A stretch of DNA of 64,000 nt from Candidatus Staskawiczbacteria bacterium (GCA_903928565.1 CAIYRH010000007.1:14139-78138), one strand, 5' to 3'. Positions 27,044 through 34,541 are shown, counted from the stretch's first letter. The notes: generated by a model from the letters alone, not told the origin. Made by a program: numbers and translations.

Positions 27044-27499
27044 AATTTCTAATTTTTAATTTATATTAAAGTTATATTTAGTTAAGTTTAATTTTATTAT
27101 CAAGCGTGTTTGTTGCTTTTTGGAAGATAAGATGGAATTCATGTGCTTCTTGCCATAACTTCATTATTTTTTCTTTATGTTCGGGGTGATAATTTGATAA
27201 TAATCTTAACCAATATTTTGTTTCATTCGCCTCTTTTTTAGAAATGTAAATTTTATTTCTAAAATCTTTTTTTGAGCTGGACGCATTTGCTTCATAGTAA
27301 TTTGCTCCTATTGATGTGGCTGCTCTAGCCAACTGACCGACTAAATTTTTATTAATATCATCTATTCTAAGTTTTTTTATAAAGTCTAAAATATCTTCTG
27401 AAAACTTCGCAGTTCTCTCTTCTAGGTTATATGTTTTATTATTTATAACTTCGTTCATTTTAAAATTTAATAGAAATTAGAAATTGAAAATTAGAAATT
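27044..27499 (-). mobile_element. Candidate insertion cassette 1: four-helix-bundle gene bracketed by a 19-bp inverted repeat made of stop-containing heptads
   Basis: 27044-27062 aatttctaatttttaattt versus 27481-27499 aaattgaaaattagaaatt (18/19 complementary). Heptads tagaaat/tagaaat/tgaaaat/tagaaat at 27471-27498. The cassette fills the gap between the PrgI-like stop (27499) and the 220-aa start (27026). Confidence 0.4.
27078..27458 (-). CDS. Four-helix-bundle protein (23S rRNA intervening-sequence protein family)
   Basis: LARAATSIGANYYEANASSSKKDFRNKIYISKKEANETKYWLRLL is the family core motif. 126 aa. Confidence 0.8.
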   Translation of the reverse strand: MNEVINNKTYNLEERTAKFSEDILDFIKKLRIDDINKNLVGQLARAATSIGANYYEANASSSKKDFRNKIYISKKEANETKYWLRLLSNYHPEHKEKIMKLWQEAHEFHLIFQKATNTLDNKIKLN

Positions 27500-27906
27500 C
27501 ACTTCGTCTTCAGGTCTATTAACGTTTTTGTTCTTTTTAATTGGCTTGTTTGCGCTTGTAAAACAGGACCCTGATCTATTTTTTTAATTTTAGTGCGGGA
27601 AATTGGTTTAAACGGATAAGGCGATTCTTTTTTCTTCCATGTGTAATTTTTACCTCCCATTGAAAACCCAATTGAGCCCAAAATAACATTTAAAATTGGC
27701 GTGCCATTTATTGTTCCAAATGCCAAAATTGCAGAAATAATAAAAAGTATTACAGACACTATATAAAAAACCGGTTTTGGTAAAAGGTAATATAAAAAGA
27801 AAGAAAGAATCCCCGCCCCCACCAAATAAAAGAATTGCCTAAATGATATAAAGAAAGCAATTTTACTTTCGGACTCAATAAATTGTGGAATAGGATATTG
27901 CTCCAT
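27499..27906 (-). CDS. PrgI-family / VirB3-like small T4SS membrane protein
   Basis: IPQFIESESKIAFFISFRQFFYLVGAGILSFFLYYLLP followed by a second TM helix. Size (135 aa) and position upstream of virB4 match Gram-positive PrgI/VirB3 analogs. Confidence 0.6.
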   Translation of the reverse strand: MEQYPIPQFIESESKIAFFISFRQFFYLVGAGILSFFLYYLLPKPVFYIVSVILFIISAILAFGTINGTPILNVILGSIGFSMGGKNYTWKKKESPYPFKPISRTKIKKIDQGPVLQAQTSQLKRTKTLIDLKTK

Positions 27907-27910
27907 GATT

Positions 27911-28378
27911 GTTGAATTAAGAGTTTTGAATTTTGAATTTCGATTAAAATTTGAATTTCTAATTTTAAAAATTTATTTCATAGATGAGATGATTTTTCCG
28001 AATATAAAAGTAAGTTCTTGAGTTTCGCGCCATAAAACTTCAGCTTCATTTTTTCTGCCAGGTTCGCATTCTGTTATCATCTTTAACCAATGCATTGTTT
28101 CTTGAGCTTCTTTTTTGCAAATAAATATTTTATTTTTGAAATCTTTTCTAGAACTTGCGGCATTTGCCTCCATGTAGTTTGCCCCAATACTCGTTGCAGA
28201 TCTAACTAACTGGTTTATTAGCGGCCTACTTATGTTGTCTTCCATAATGGTCCTACAAAATTTGATAGTGTTTCCGCCAAATCTCGAAGTTCTCTCTTCT
28301 AGGTCGTATTTATTGTTCATAAAATTTCGAAATTAAGTCATTTAAAATTTATTCGAAATTCGAAAATCAGAATTCAAC
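27911..28378 (-). mobile_element. Candidate insertion cassette 2: four-helix-bundle gene with imperfect inverted arms of tgaattt-type heptads
   Basis: The left arm starts gttgaatt (27911) and the right arm ends aattcaac (28378). tgaattt units at 27927, 27934 and 27952. The reverse complement of the right arm reads gttgaattctgattttcgaatttcgaataa. Confidence 0.35.
27973..28320 (-). CDS. Four-helix-bundle protein (same subfamily as 27078-27458)
   Basis: LVRSATSIGANYMEANAASSRKDFKNKIFICKKEAQETMHWLKMI. 115 aa. Confidence 0.8.
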   Translation of the reverse strand: MNNKYDLEERTSRFGGNTIKFCRTIMEDNISRPLINQLVRSATSIGANYMEANAASSRKDFKNKIFICKKEAQETMHWLKMITECEPGRKNEAEVLWRETQELTFIFGKIISSMK

Positions 28379-28453
28379 ATTATTTTATTATACCATAATA
28401 ATTATTAGTAGATACAAGCGTTATTCACATGTGCAATGCGCAGGGCCAAAGTA

Positions 28454-28482
28454 TTGACAAGGTGCCAATAATATGATATAGT
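28454..28482 (+). promoter_or_regulatory. Strong sigma70-type promoter of the SPFH gene (TTGACA-17-TATAGT with TG extension)
   Basis: ttgaca aggtgccaataatatga tatagt. The -35 element is part of an inverted repeat, ttgacaaggt (28454-28463) / accttgtcaa (about 28497-28506). Confidence 0.5.
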
Positions 28483-28590
28483 AATGGCATCAATGAACCT
28501 TGTCAAATACAGCTTTAGAAGGTTTGGGGTGTACCCAACCGGCTGTCATTTGATTGTTTTGAATAGTAGCAACAGAAAGGAAAAACAGAG

Positions 28591-30027
28591 ATGAAAATCA
28601 TGAAATGGGTTACGCTTGGCGTCGTGTTGTTGAACTTTGTCTTCGCTCTCGCTTGGCTCTATGCCACCAAAGCCAGTTTCGTCTGGTGGGTGGTGTACGG
28701 CACAGCGATTGTCATTGCACTTGGCATCTGGTGGTTTGTAAAATCACCGGCCACGGCGCGATGCGCGATAAAGGCACTGTTCACGGGCACGCGGCGAGCG
28801 GCAACGGCAACATGTGGAGTAGGTGCTCCTCTGCTGGCCCGACTAGTGGCGAAGGCAAAGACTGTCGGCAAAATCCTTTTTTGGATTCTGTTGGTAATCA
28901 TTTTCGCCTTTGTCTTCAAAGTCCTCTACGGTGGCAATGCCAGCTTTGGACAGTGGCTGGTCTACTACCTCGCTCTGGCATGGGTGTTTGGTGGTTTAAG
29001 GACCATCGGCACCGCTGAGGTCGCACTTCAAAGCCGTTTTGGTAGCATCAAGAAAAAGATCTACCGGAGCGGTCTCACGTGGGTCCCCCCATTCCCAGGG
29101 ATAAGCCTCTACCGGATCACGACCGAGCCGATAACATTCAAGTTCGAGGGAGTAGAATCACACAGCTTGCGGTGTAAAGATCGCTTGCTGGTGTTTGCCG
29201 ACATTGTTGGGAACATACGGTTCCCCTATGATGAAATTGACTCTCTCATCTTGATGATCAAGTCGAAAGTCCCGCTCGATGAGGCAGGGCTTCAGAATAA
29301 GGTCGAGGAAGAGGTGGTTAGTGGCATGAGGGGAATTGTGGCCAAGTTCTCCCTTGAGGAAGCCTTGGCAAAGGATAACCTCGAGGAGATTAGAAAAGCA
29401 GCTCAGACGTTCTTGCTCAGAAAAACCGGCTACTTCGCAAAGGCCGGGATTTGTGGCAATAACGGTAAAAACTTCACGCCAGGTACTGGTGAGGTTATCG
29501 TGCGAATTGAACAAATTCGTACGACTCCAGGGTTGGAAGCGGCTCTGCAAAAACCCGCGATTGCCAAACTTGAGGCCGAAGCCGCGAAATCAACACAGGA
29601 ACGGGACGCAGCTCTTATAGCCGGTCCGTTCCATGTTGCGATGGCTGAGTGGGTCACCGCTCAGTTGCCCGCAGATAAGAGCAAGTCCCCCGAGCAGGTA
29701 ATGGCAGAACTCGTTGAGAGCGGTGCCTACTCCGCACATGCAACGGTCGTAAAAGACCTAATGCTAGCTAATAGCGGGCATCTCCAAGTCGCCAAAATGG
29801 AAATTGGTGGGCCGGGGGGTAAATCGCTCCCCGACAGTCTCCAGTATTTGTCATTAGGCGGTGGCGGAGGCGCAGGCCTCATGCTACCTGGCGGGCGTCG
29901 TCAACCTCGCCAAGTGGGCGGCGGAAAACCAAACCCGTCGGCAGAACGATCAGCGTTCTTCGAGAAGAATTACGGCATTAAGCCGACCCCCGAAGACATT
30001 GCTGACGATGACGATAGTGGCTACTAG
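28591..30027 (+). CDS. SPFH/Band-7 (stomatin-prohibitin-flotillin-like) membrane protein, high-GC
   Basis: Four N-terminal TM helices. SPFH-type core (GTAEVALQSRFGSIKKKIYRSGLTWVPPFPGISLYRI...), an Ala/Glu-rich coiled coil, and a Gly-rich tail (GGGGGAGLMLPGG). A sampled line (28801-28860) is 60% GC versus 20-25% in flanking lines. Confidence 0.65.
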   Translation: MKIMKWVTLGVVLLNFVFALAWLYATKASFVWWVVYGTAIVIALGIWWFVKSPATARCAIKALFTGTRRAATATCGVGAPLLARLVAKAKTVGKILFWILLVIIFAFVFKVLYGGNASFGQWLVYYLALAWVFGGLRTIGTAEVALQSRFGSIKKKIYRSGLTWVPPFPGISLYRITTEPITFKFEGVESHSLRCKDRLLVFADIVGNIRFPYDEIDSLILMIKSKVPLDEAGLQNKVEEEVVSGMRGIVAKFSLEEALAKDNLEEIRKAAQTFLLRKTGYFAKAGICGNNGKNFTPGTGEVIVRIEQIRTTPGLEAALQKPAIAKLEAEAAKSTQERDAALIAGPFHVAMAEWVTAQLPADKSKSPEQVMAELVESGAYSAHATVVKDLMLANSGHLQVAKMEIGGPGGKSLPDSLQYLSLGGGGGAGLMLPGGRRQPRQVGGGKPNPSAERSAFFEKNYGIKPTPEDIADDDDSGY

Positions 30028-30091
30028 CTTAACGGGTGGGTCCAATCCCCACAAAACAATCATGCGGGCGTAATTCCCGCGAAACAAACAA

Positions 30092-30141
30092 GGGGCGGTT
30101 GCAATCGACGTAATGTCGAAAGCACCCGCCCCCCTTTTTTT
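30092..30141 (+). terminator. GC-rich intrinsic terminator of the SPFH gene
   Basis: GGGGCGG (30092-30098) pairs with CCGCCCC (30126-30132), enclosing an inner tcgac-gtaat-gtcga hairpin, followed by T7. Confidence 0.55.
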
Positions 30142-30157
30142 ATACCTTTATTTTTTT

Positions 30158-30574
30158 CTATTCTATTGGCTCTCTGTAGGCGTCTGGGCCTTGGTTCTGT
30201 TGAACAACCGGTGGAGCTATATTTTCTAAAGGTTTTTTAATTCTAGGCTTCCTGACAACAGGAATTTTAGGATTTATTTCACTTGCCGCTAATTTTTCTG
30301 CAATAGGCACAAGTTTACTTATAATTTCCGCATAAATGGTGCTTGCAGTTAATGCTGGTATGTTTAGTTCTGTTGCTAAAAAAGTGCATATGTCTTTTTC
30401 GACAGCGCCATCTACTACAATTTTTTCAACAGCACTAATAATAATTTGCCCTTGCAAGGGTTTGTTGTTAGATAATTTCTCTAAAATATCTTCATTAGAT
30501 TCTTCTATTTTGTTATCTTGAAGAATTTTTGTAATTATAGGAAACGTATCTTCTTTGAAATTTATTTTTTCCAT
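30158..30574 (-). CDS. Hypothetical protein of the T4SS-like locus
   Basis: 138-aa ORF immediately downstream of the VirB6-like gene. No TM helix or recognisable motif. Confidence 0.45.
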   Translation of the reverse strand: MEKINFKEDTFPIITKILQDNKIEESNEDILEKLSNNKPLQGQIIISAVEKIVVDGAVEKDICTFLATELNIPALTASTIYAEIISKLVPIAEKLAASEINPKIPVVRKPRIKKPLENIAPPVVQQNQGPDAYREPIE

Positions 30575-30596
30575 AGTATTTTTTTAATATATACTT

Positions 30597-33077
30597 TTAT
30601 CTTCTTGGATGGTTTCTCTCAAAATCGGCTCCTGGCGGAATTATTATTCTTGGGCCTTCTGGCGCCGGTGTGGCATTGCCGCCACCTCCTCCTTCGCCTC
30701 GTGTGTCGTCGTTTTTTCTTACTCTTCTCGTCGCTTCTTTCATGGCGTTAAAGCGTTCAACAGCTTTTTCTTGAGCTACGGCGTCACCATGCTGGAGCTC
30801 TCTTAGGTGGTCATTAAAAGCATTTGTAAATGCAGCCACTTTTTCATCATTTCCATTTCTAAGCAAGTTTGTCATTTGGTTGGTGCCAGCGTATTTAGCA
30901 AATGTAGGCATAGCTTCTTTTGGTAATTCCAAAACTTTATCCGTTGGCATTTTCTTAATGGCTTTTTCAATTCTTTCCTCACCCAACTTTTCTTTTCTCT
31001 TTATAATGTCTTCAGATTTAATGTTATTTCCAAAAGTGACAATTTGTTTTGCCACAGCTTCTTTAGACATACCCGAAGTCGCCAGCCTTTCTTCTTCTTT
31101 ATCCATTATGCTTCTCTTCGCCTCGGCATCGGAAACTGGGGCAGTTATTCCTAGGGCGCCCTCTATAGTTCTTCGGTGTCTTATCGTTCGGCTAGCATTT
31201 TCCATGTCGGTAGCTGTAACTCCTTCCCCTTTCATAGAATGTTTAGCTATTTTGATTGCTCCTTTTTCAGATATGCCTTCTCCAACCTTTTTATCGATGC
31301 GTTCTTTCAATATATGTGTCATTATTTCTTCCTTTGATGGAGTAGCTCCTGCTGTTGGGCTGGCTTTTCCTAATAATTCTTTTGAAACACCAAATGATTT
31401 AGCATAAGCAATAGCTTCTTCTCGTTTTGTTGAATCAATGGCGCTAAGAGCATTCCTCTTGGCTAATATTTGCACTGCCGAGGCTTTTTCTGCTGCTTTT
31501 GCGGCGGTTAATGGTTTCTGTGCAGCAATTTTACCAAGCACTTCGTTGTCTTGAATTGCGTCTAATTTAGCCAAAGGATCTTTCATTCGGGCAGCCTGGT
31601 TAGAAGCAGTTGTGCCTTGCGGGACAATACGAATTCCTGTTGCCATACCAAATTTTTCTGCTGCATTAGTAGCAAAATCTTTTACTTTTTGTCCGCCCCT
31701 TTGTGCGGCTCCGGCTACCCCTGTTAATTTTGCAGCTCCCGTGAGCCCCCCCATTGCTAACATTGCTCCGCCAGAAACTAGCCCAATGGCAGCGGTGCTC
31801 GCCATTTTTGCAATGCCGGTTTTTTGTGAAGTCATTTTAAACCCTACAACTAAAAATCCTAATACAATAACAACTTGAGTTATTAACTGTCCGGCATTTG
31901 GCGTTGTGGTAGACGGCGAAGATAAAGTAGCAATTGGCTGATTCAAAAGGCTTTGTGTAGTCATTACAGTGGCGGCAAGCCACAAAACAAACGAACCAAT
32001 TACGCCAATGAAGACCCATTTTAAAAAGTGGCCCCACCACTCTGTCCATAAATGTCTTGAAGCCGGGAAAACCCAAAAAGTAAATGCCAAGGGCGACAAA
32101 ATATATAACATTATTAAAATTACATATCTTGCCAATAAAATAAAAAGTAAATAAAAATAAGTAAAAGCAATTCCCAAATAAACCACTCCGAACATAGCAC
32201 ACAAGGTTACATAATTAAAAATACCCGATGCTGCGAGATCATTAGTAAGTAAAGTTTTTGTGGCAATTTGTAGGCGGAATAAAAGAATGGCCGGGCCACC
32301 AATTACTGGTATTGTGGCAGCTGCTGTCTGTCCTGCTCCTTGTAGCCCCATTCCAGAAAAGGAACTTGTTATTAAATTTGCTGCATCTATTAGCAACCCG
32401 CAGAATAACCCAGAAAAATTAATTGCTAAAGCAACTAATATTAAGGGCAGTAAAAGTTTTTTTGCTTCATACTCTCTAAGTCTTAAAGCAGTAGCAATGC
32501 CAACTACAACAAAACCCAAAACAATAAGCATGTTGCCCAAATTTCTTACTTGCGCCCAAGCTTTGGTAAAATCTGCACCACCGTTGGAACTTTGGTCTGT
32601 TGTTATTGGTGCACTTAAATAGTTAATTAAAATAAAGTTAAGTGAAGACATGGCTGAGCTGGCTATCATATATGGGCCATCAACTAAAACATCACCAATT
32701 AAACCGCCAAGCCATTTAAACCCTATGCCCTCGTCAAATGGTGGGTCTTGGAGCCTTGTGTTTTCAGCCGTACTTTCATAGGCCTTTTGTGCAGCAGCGG
32801 TTCCAGTGCCAGGCCCACAAAAAGACATAATCCATTCCTGAGCATTGGCGACGGTATTTCTACTATTGAATATTTTTCCCACTGCTAATGAAAGGTCTAC
32901 AAAACCACGGGCTACCGAACTTCCAGCTGCATTGAGCATGCCCTGATTATTCCATTGCGTGCACCAAGGAGCTAACCCGTGTGCTACAACTGGAGATAAA
33001 AATCCTATAGATAGCGCAAGTAAAAAGGTAAAAGCAGTTAGTTTCTTATGTGCTAAAAATTTAGAGAATAAATTCAT
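30597..33077 (-). CDS. VirB6/TrbL-like polytopic T4SS membrane protein with a long hydrophilic C-terminal extension
   Basis: Signal peptide, then a periplasmic segment, then at least 7 hydrophobic helices (FTKAWAQVRNLGNMLIVLGFVVVGIATAL...LILVALAINFSGLFCGLLIDAANLI is TrbL-like). A ~370-aa Ala/Lys/Glu-rich tail ends in GEGGGGGN. Confidence 0.6.
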   Translation of the reverse strand: MNLFSKFLAHKKLTAFTFLLALSIGFLSPVVAHGLAPWCTQWNNQGMLNAAGSSVARGFVDLSLAVGKIFNSRNTVANAQEWIMSFCGPGTGTAAAQKAYESTAENTRLQDPPFDEGIGFKWLGGLIGDVLVDGPYMIASSAMSSLNFILINYLSAPITTDQSSNGGADFTKAWAQVRNLGNMLIVLGFVVVGIATALRLREYEAKKLLLPLILVALAINFSGLFCGLLIDAANLITSSFSGMGLQGAGQTAAATIPVIGGPAILLFRLQIATKTLLTNDLAASGIFNYVTLCAMFGVVYLGIAFTYFYLLFILLARYVILIMLYILSPLAFTFWVFPASRHLWTEWWGHFLKWVFIGVIGSFVLWLAATVMTTQSLLNQPIATLSSPSTTTPNAGQLITQVVIVLGFLVVGFKMTSQKTGIAKMASTAAIGLVSGGAMLAMGGLTGAAKLTGVAGAAQRGGQKVKDFATNAAEKFGMATGIRIVPQGTTASNQAARMKDPLAKLDAIQDNEVLGKIAAQKPLTAAKAAEKASAVQILAKRNALSAIDSTKREEAIAYAKSFGVSKELLGKASPTAGATPSKEEIMTHILKERIDKKVGEGISEKGAIKIAKHSMKGEGVTATDMENASRTIRHRRTIEGALGITAPVSDAEAKRSIMDKEEERLATSGMSKEAVAKQIVTFGNNIKSEDIIKRKEKLGEERIEKAIKKMPTDKVLELPKEAMPTFAKYAGTNQMTNLLRNGNDEKVAAFTNAFNDHLRELQHGDAVAQEKAVERFNAMKEATRRVRKNDDTRGEGGGGGNATPAPEGPRIIIPPGADFERNHPRR

Positions 33078-33079
33078 AT

Positions 33080-33097
33080 TAGTTTGTAGTGAGTAGT
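33080..33097 (+). repeat. Solo copy of the tagtttg-type heptad repeat
   Basis: tagtttg tagtgag tagt, 3 nt upstream of the VirB6-like start codon. Confidence 0.6.
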
Positions 33098-33161
33098 ATT
33101 AAATTGTTTTATTTTACACCATCTAAACTTTTAAAGGTAGTCAAGTTATTCACACATTTAC

Positions 33162-33663
33162 TAGTTTGTAGTTTGTAGTTGGTAGTGAGTAGACGAAAAG
33201 CTAATCTCGCTAATTAATCTTTTAGTTCGTGAGTCAATTTATTTAACATGCGCATTATCTCAGATAATAAGTTTTCAATTTTTTGATAATCTTCGGCTTT
33301 CCCAAATTTCAGTCGTTTTGCAATTTCTATTTGAGTTTCTAATTCCGCGCCAGATCCATAAGCAGTTAAAAGGAAGTTTCTAAAATCTTTTCTTGAACTG
33401 CGTCGGCTTCCCTCGGCGATATTAGAAGGGATAGAAACCGAGGCTCTACACATTTGAGAAGTTAATCCATAAATTTCTTCTTTTGGGAAATTTCCAGTTA
33501 ATTTATAAACTAGAACAACTAAATCCATTGCCTTTTGCCACACAATTAGATTTCCATAAGATTCTATTCCCATATATTTGATTTTAATATTTTCTACAAA
33601 CTACTCACTCTTTCTACAAACTATTATCCTTTCTACAAACTACAAACTACTCACTACAAACTA
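33162..33663 (-). mobile_element. Candidate insertion cassette 3: four-helix-bundle gene bracketed by inverted tagtttg-type heptad arrays
   Basis: Left arm 33162-33192: tagtttg tagtttg tagttgg tagtgag tag. Right arm 33594-33663 has the reverse-complement words (ctacaaactactcact, ctacaaacta, ctacaaactacaaactactcactacaaacta). TAG codons fall in all three frames on the inward-reading strand of each arm. Confidence 0.4.
33214..33573 (-). CDS. Four-helix-bundle protein (classical 23S rRNA-IVS protein type)
   Basis: YGLTSQMCRASVSIPSNIAEGSRRSSRKDFRNFLLTAYGSGAELETQIEIAKRL. 119 aa. Confidence 0.8.
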   Translation of the reverse strand: MGIESYGNLIVWQKAMDLVVLVYKLTGNFPKEEIYGLTSQMCRASVSIPSNIAEGSRRSSRKDFRNFLLTAYGSGAELETQIEIAKRLKFGKAEDYQKIENLLSEIMRMLNKLTHELKD

Positions 33664-34473
33664 TCTGTAAGGTTTTTCCAGTCTTCAATGCTCAATGTTT
33701 GGGCGCGTTGGGTTGGTTGAATATTATTTTTTAGAAGCCATTCTTCAACTTTTGTTTTTTCTAGTTTTAATATTTTTGATAAATTCCCCCCAAGCTGTTT
33801 TCTTGGTTGTGAAAAACCAGCTTTAACTATTTTAAAGAATTTATCGGGAGAAGTCAGACCTCCTGTCGGGCGAAAGGTTTGACTTCGGGGAGTAATTTTT
33901 ATTATTGCAGAATCAATTTTTGGTGCTGGCCAAAAACAATTTTTTGAAACATAACTTATAATTTTTGGCGTTGCATAAAATTGCACAGAAACGGCCAACA
34001 AGTTCATGTCCCCCACCGTTGCACAAATTCTTTGTGCCACTTCTTTTTGAATCATTAAAATTATTTCTTGCGGTGGATTGGGGTGCCCTTCGGGCCGTTC
34101 TAAAAATTTTCTAATTAACGGTGAAGTTAAATAATAAGGAATGTTTGCTATTAGTTTGTAGTTTGTAGTGAGTAGTGGGTAGTCTGCAAGATTAATTTTT
34201 AAAATCCTTAATAGTTTCTTTTAAAATTGTTTGCATTGCCGAACTTTTTTCAACAGCAATAATTTTTTTTGCACGGCTTGCTAATTCTTTTGTTAAAACT
34301 CCAATGCCCGGCCCCACTTCTAAAATTGTGTCTGTTTTTTTTATGTCGCCCGCTTCAACTATTTTTCTTAAAACATTTTCATCTATTAAGAAATTTTGCC
34401 CCAAACCTTTTGAAGCGCGTGTTTCATATTTTTTGAGAAGCTCTTTTATTATTGTTGGAGAAGTTAAATTCAT
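33654..34473 (-). pseudogene. rsmA: 16S rRNA (adenine1518/1519-N6)-dimethyltransferase RsmA/KsgA, split by a frameshift
   Basis: ORF 34192-34473 carries the SAM motif (LGQNFLIDENVL, ILEVGPGIGVLT). The next frame (+1) continues ...NLADYPLLTTNYKLIANIPYYLTSPLIRKFLE...MIQKEVAQR to 33654. The frame break is at the A-run/TAA at 34192-34200, next to an embedded heptad repeat (34152-34183). Confidence 0.6.
34152..34183 (+). repeat. tagtttg-type heptad repeat embedded inside rsmA
   Basis: tagtttg tagtttg tagtgag tagtggg tagt. Read on the coding (minus) strand it encodes DYPLLTTNYKL. Confidence 0.6.
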
Positions 34474-34541
34474 TTATATATTGTATCATAGATTGTAATT
34501 TGTGATACAATTAATAAACATAAAAAATTAAATAAAAGAAT

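Noticed and set aside
28605-29657. Alternative-frame and antisense ORFs (75-137 aa) in the SPFH gene, and likewise at 37933-38376 and 38839-39108 in the BNR gene
   Set aside because: These are high-GC compositional artefacts. The annotated frames carry recognisable SPFH and Asp-box motifs plus matched promoter and terminator signals.
17788-33077. Calling the locus a conjugative plasmid/ICE transfer region
   Set aside because: No relaxase, VirD4/TraG-type coupling ATPase, integrase or oriT-like feature is recognisable in the window. It sits about 2 kb from the chromosomal origin among housekeeping genes.
27078-33573. Four-helix-bundle proteins as Avd components of a diversity-generating retroelement
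   Set aside because: No reverse transcriptase ORF is present in the window, and I found no template/variable repeat pair. The fold family alone is not diagnostic.
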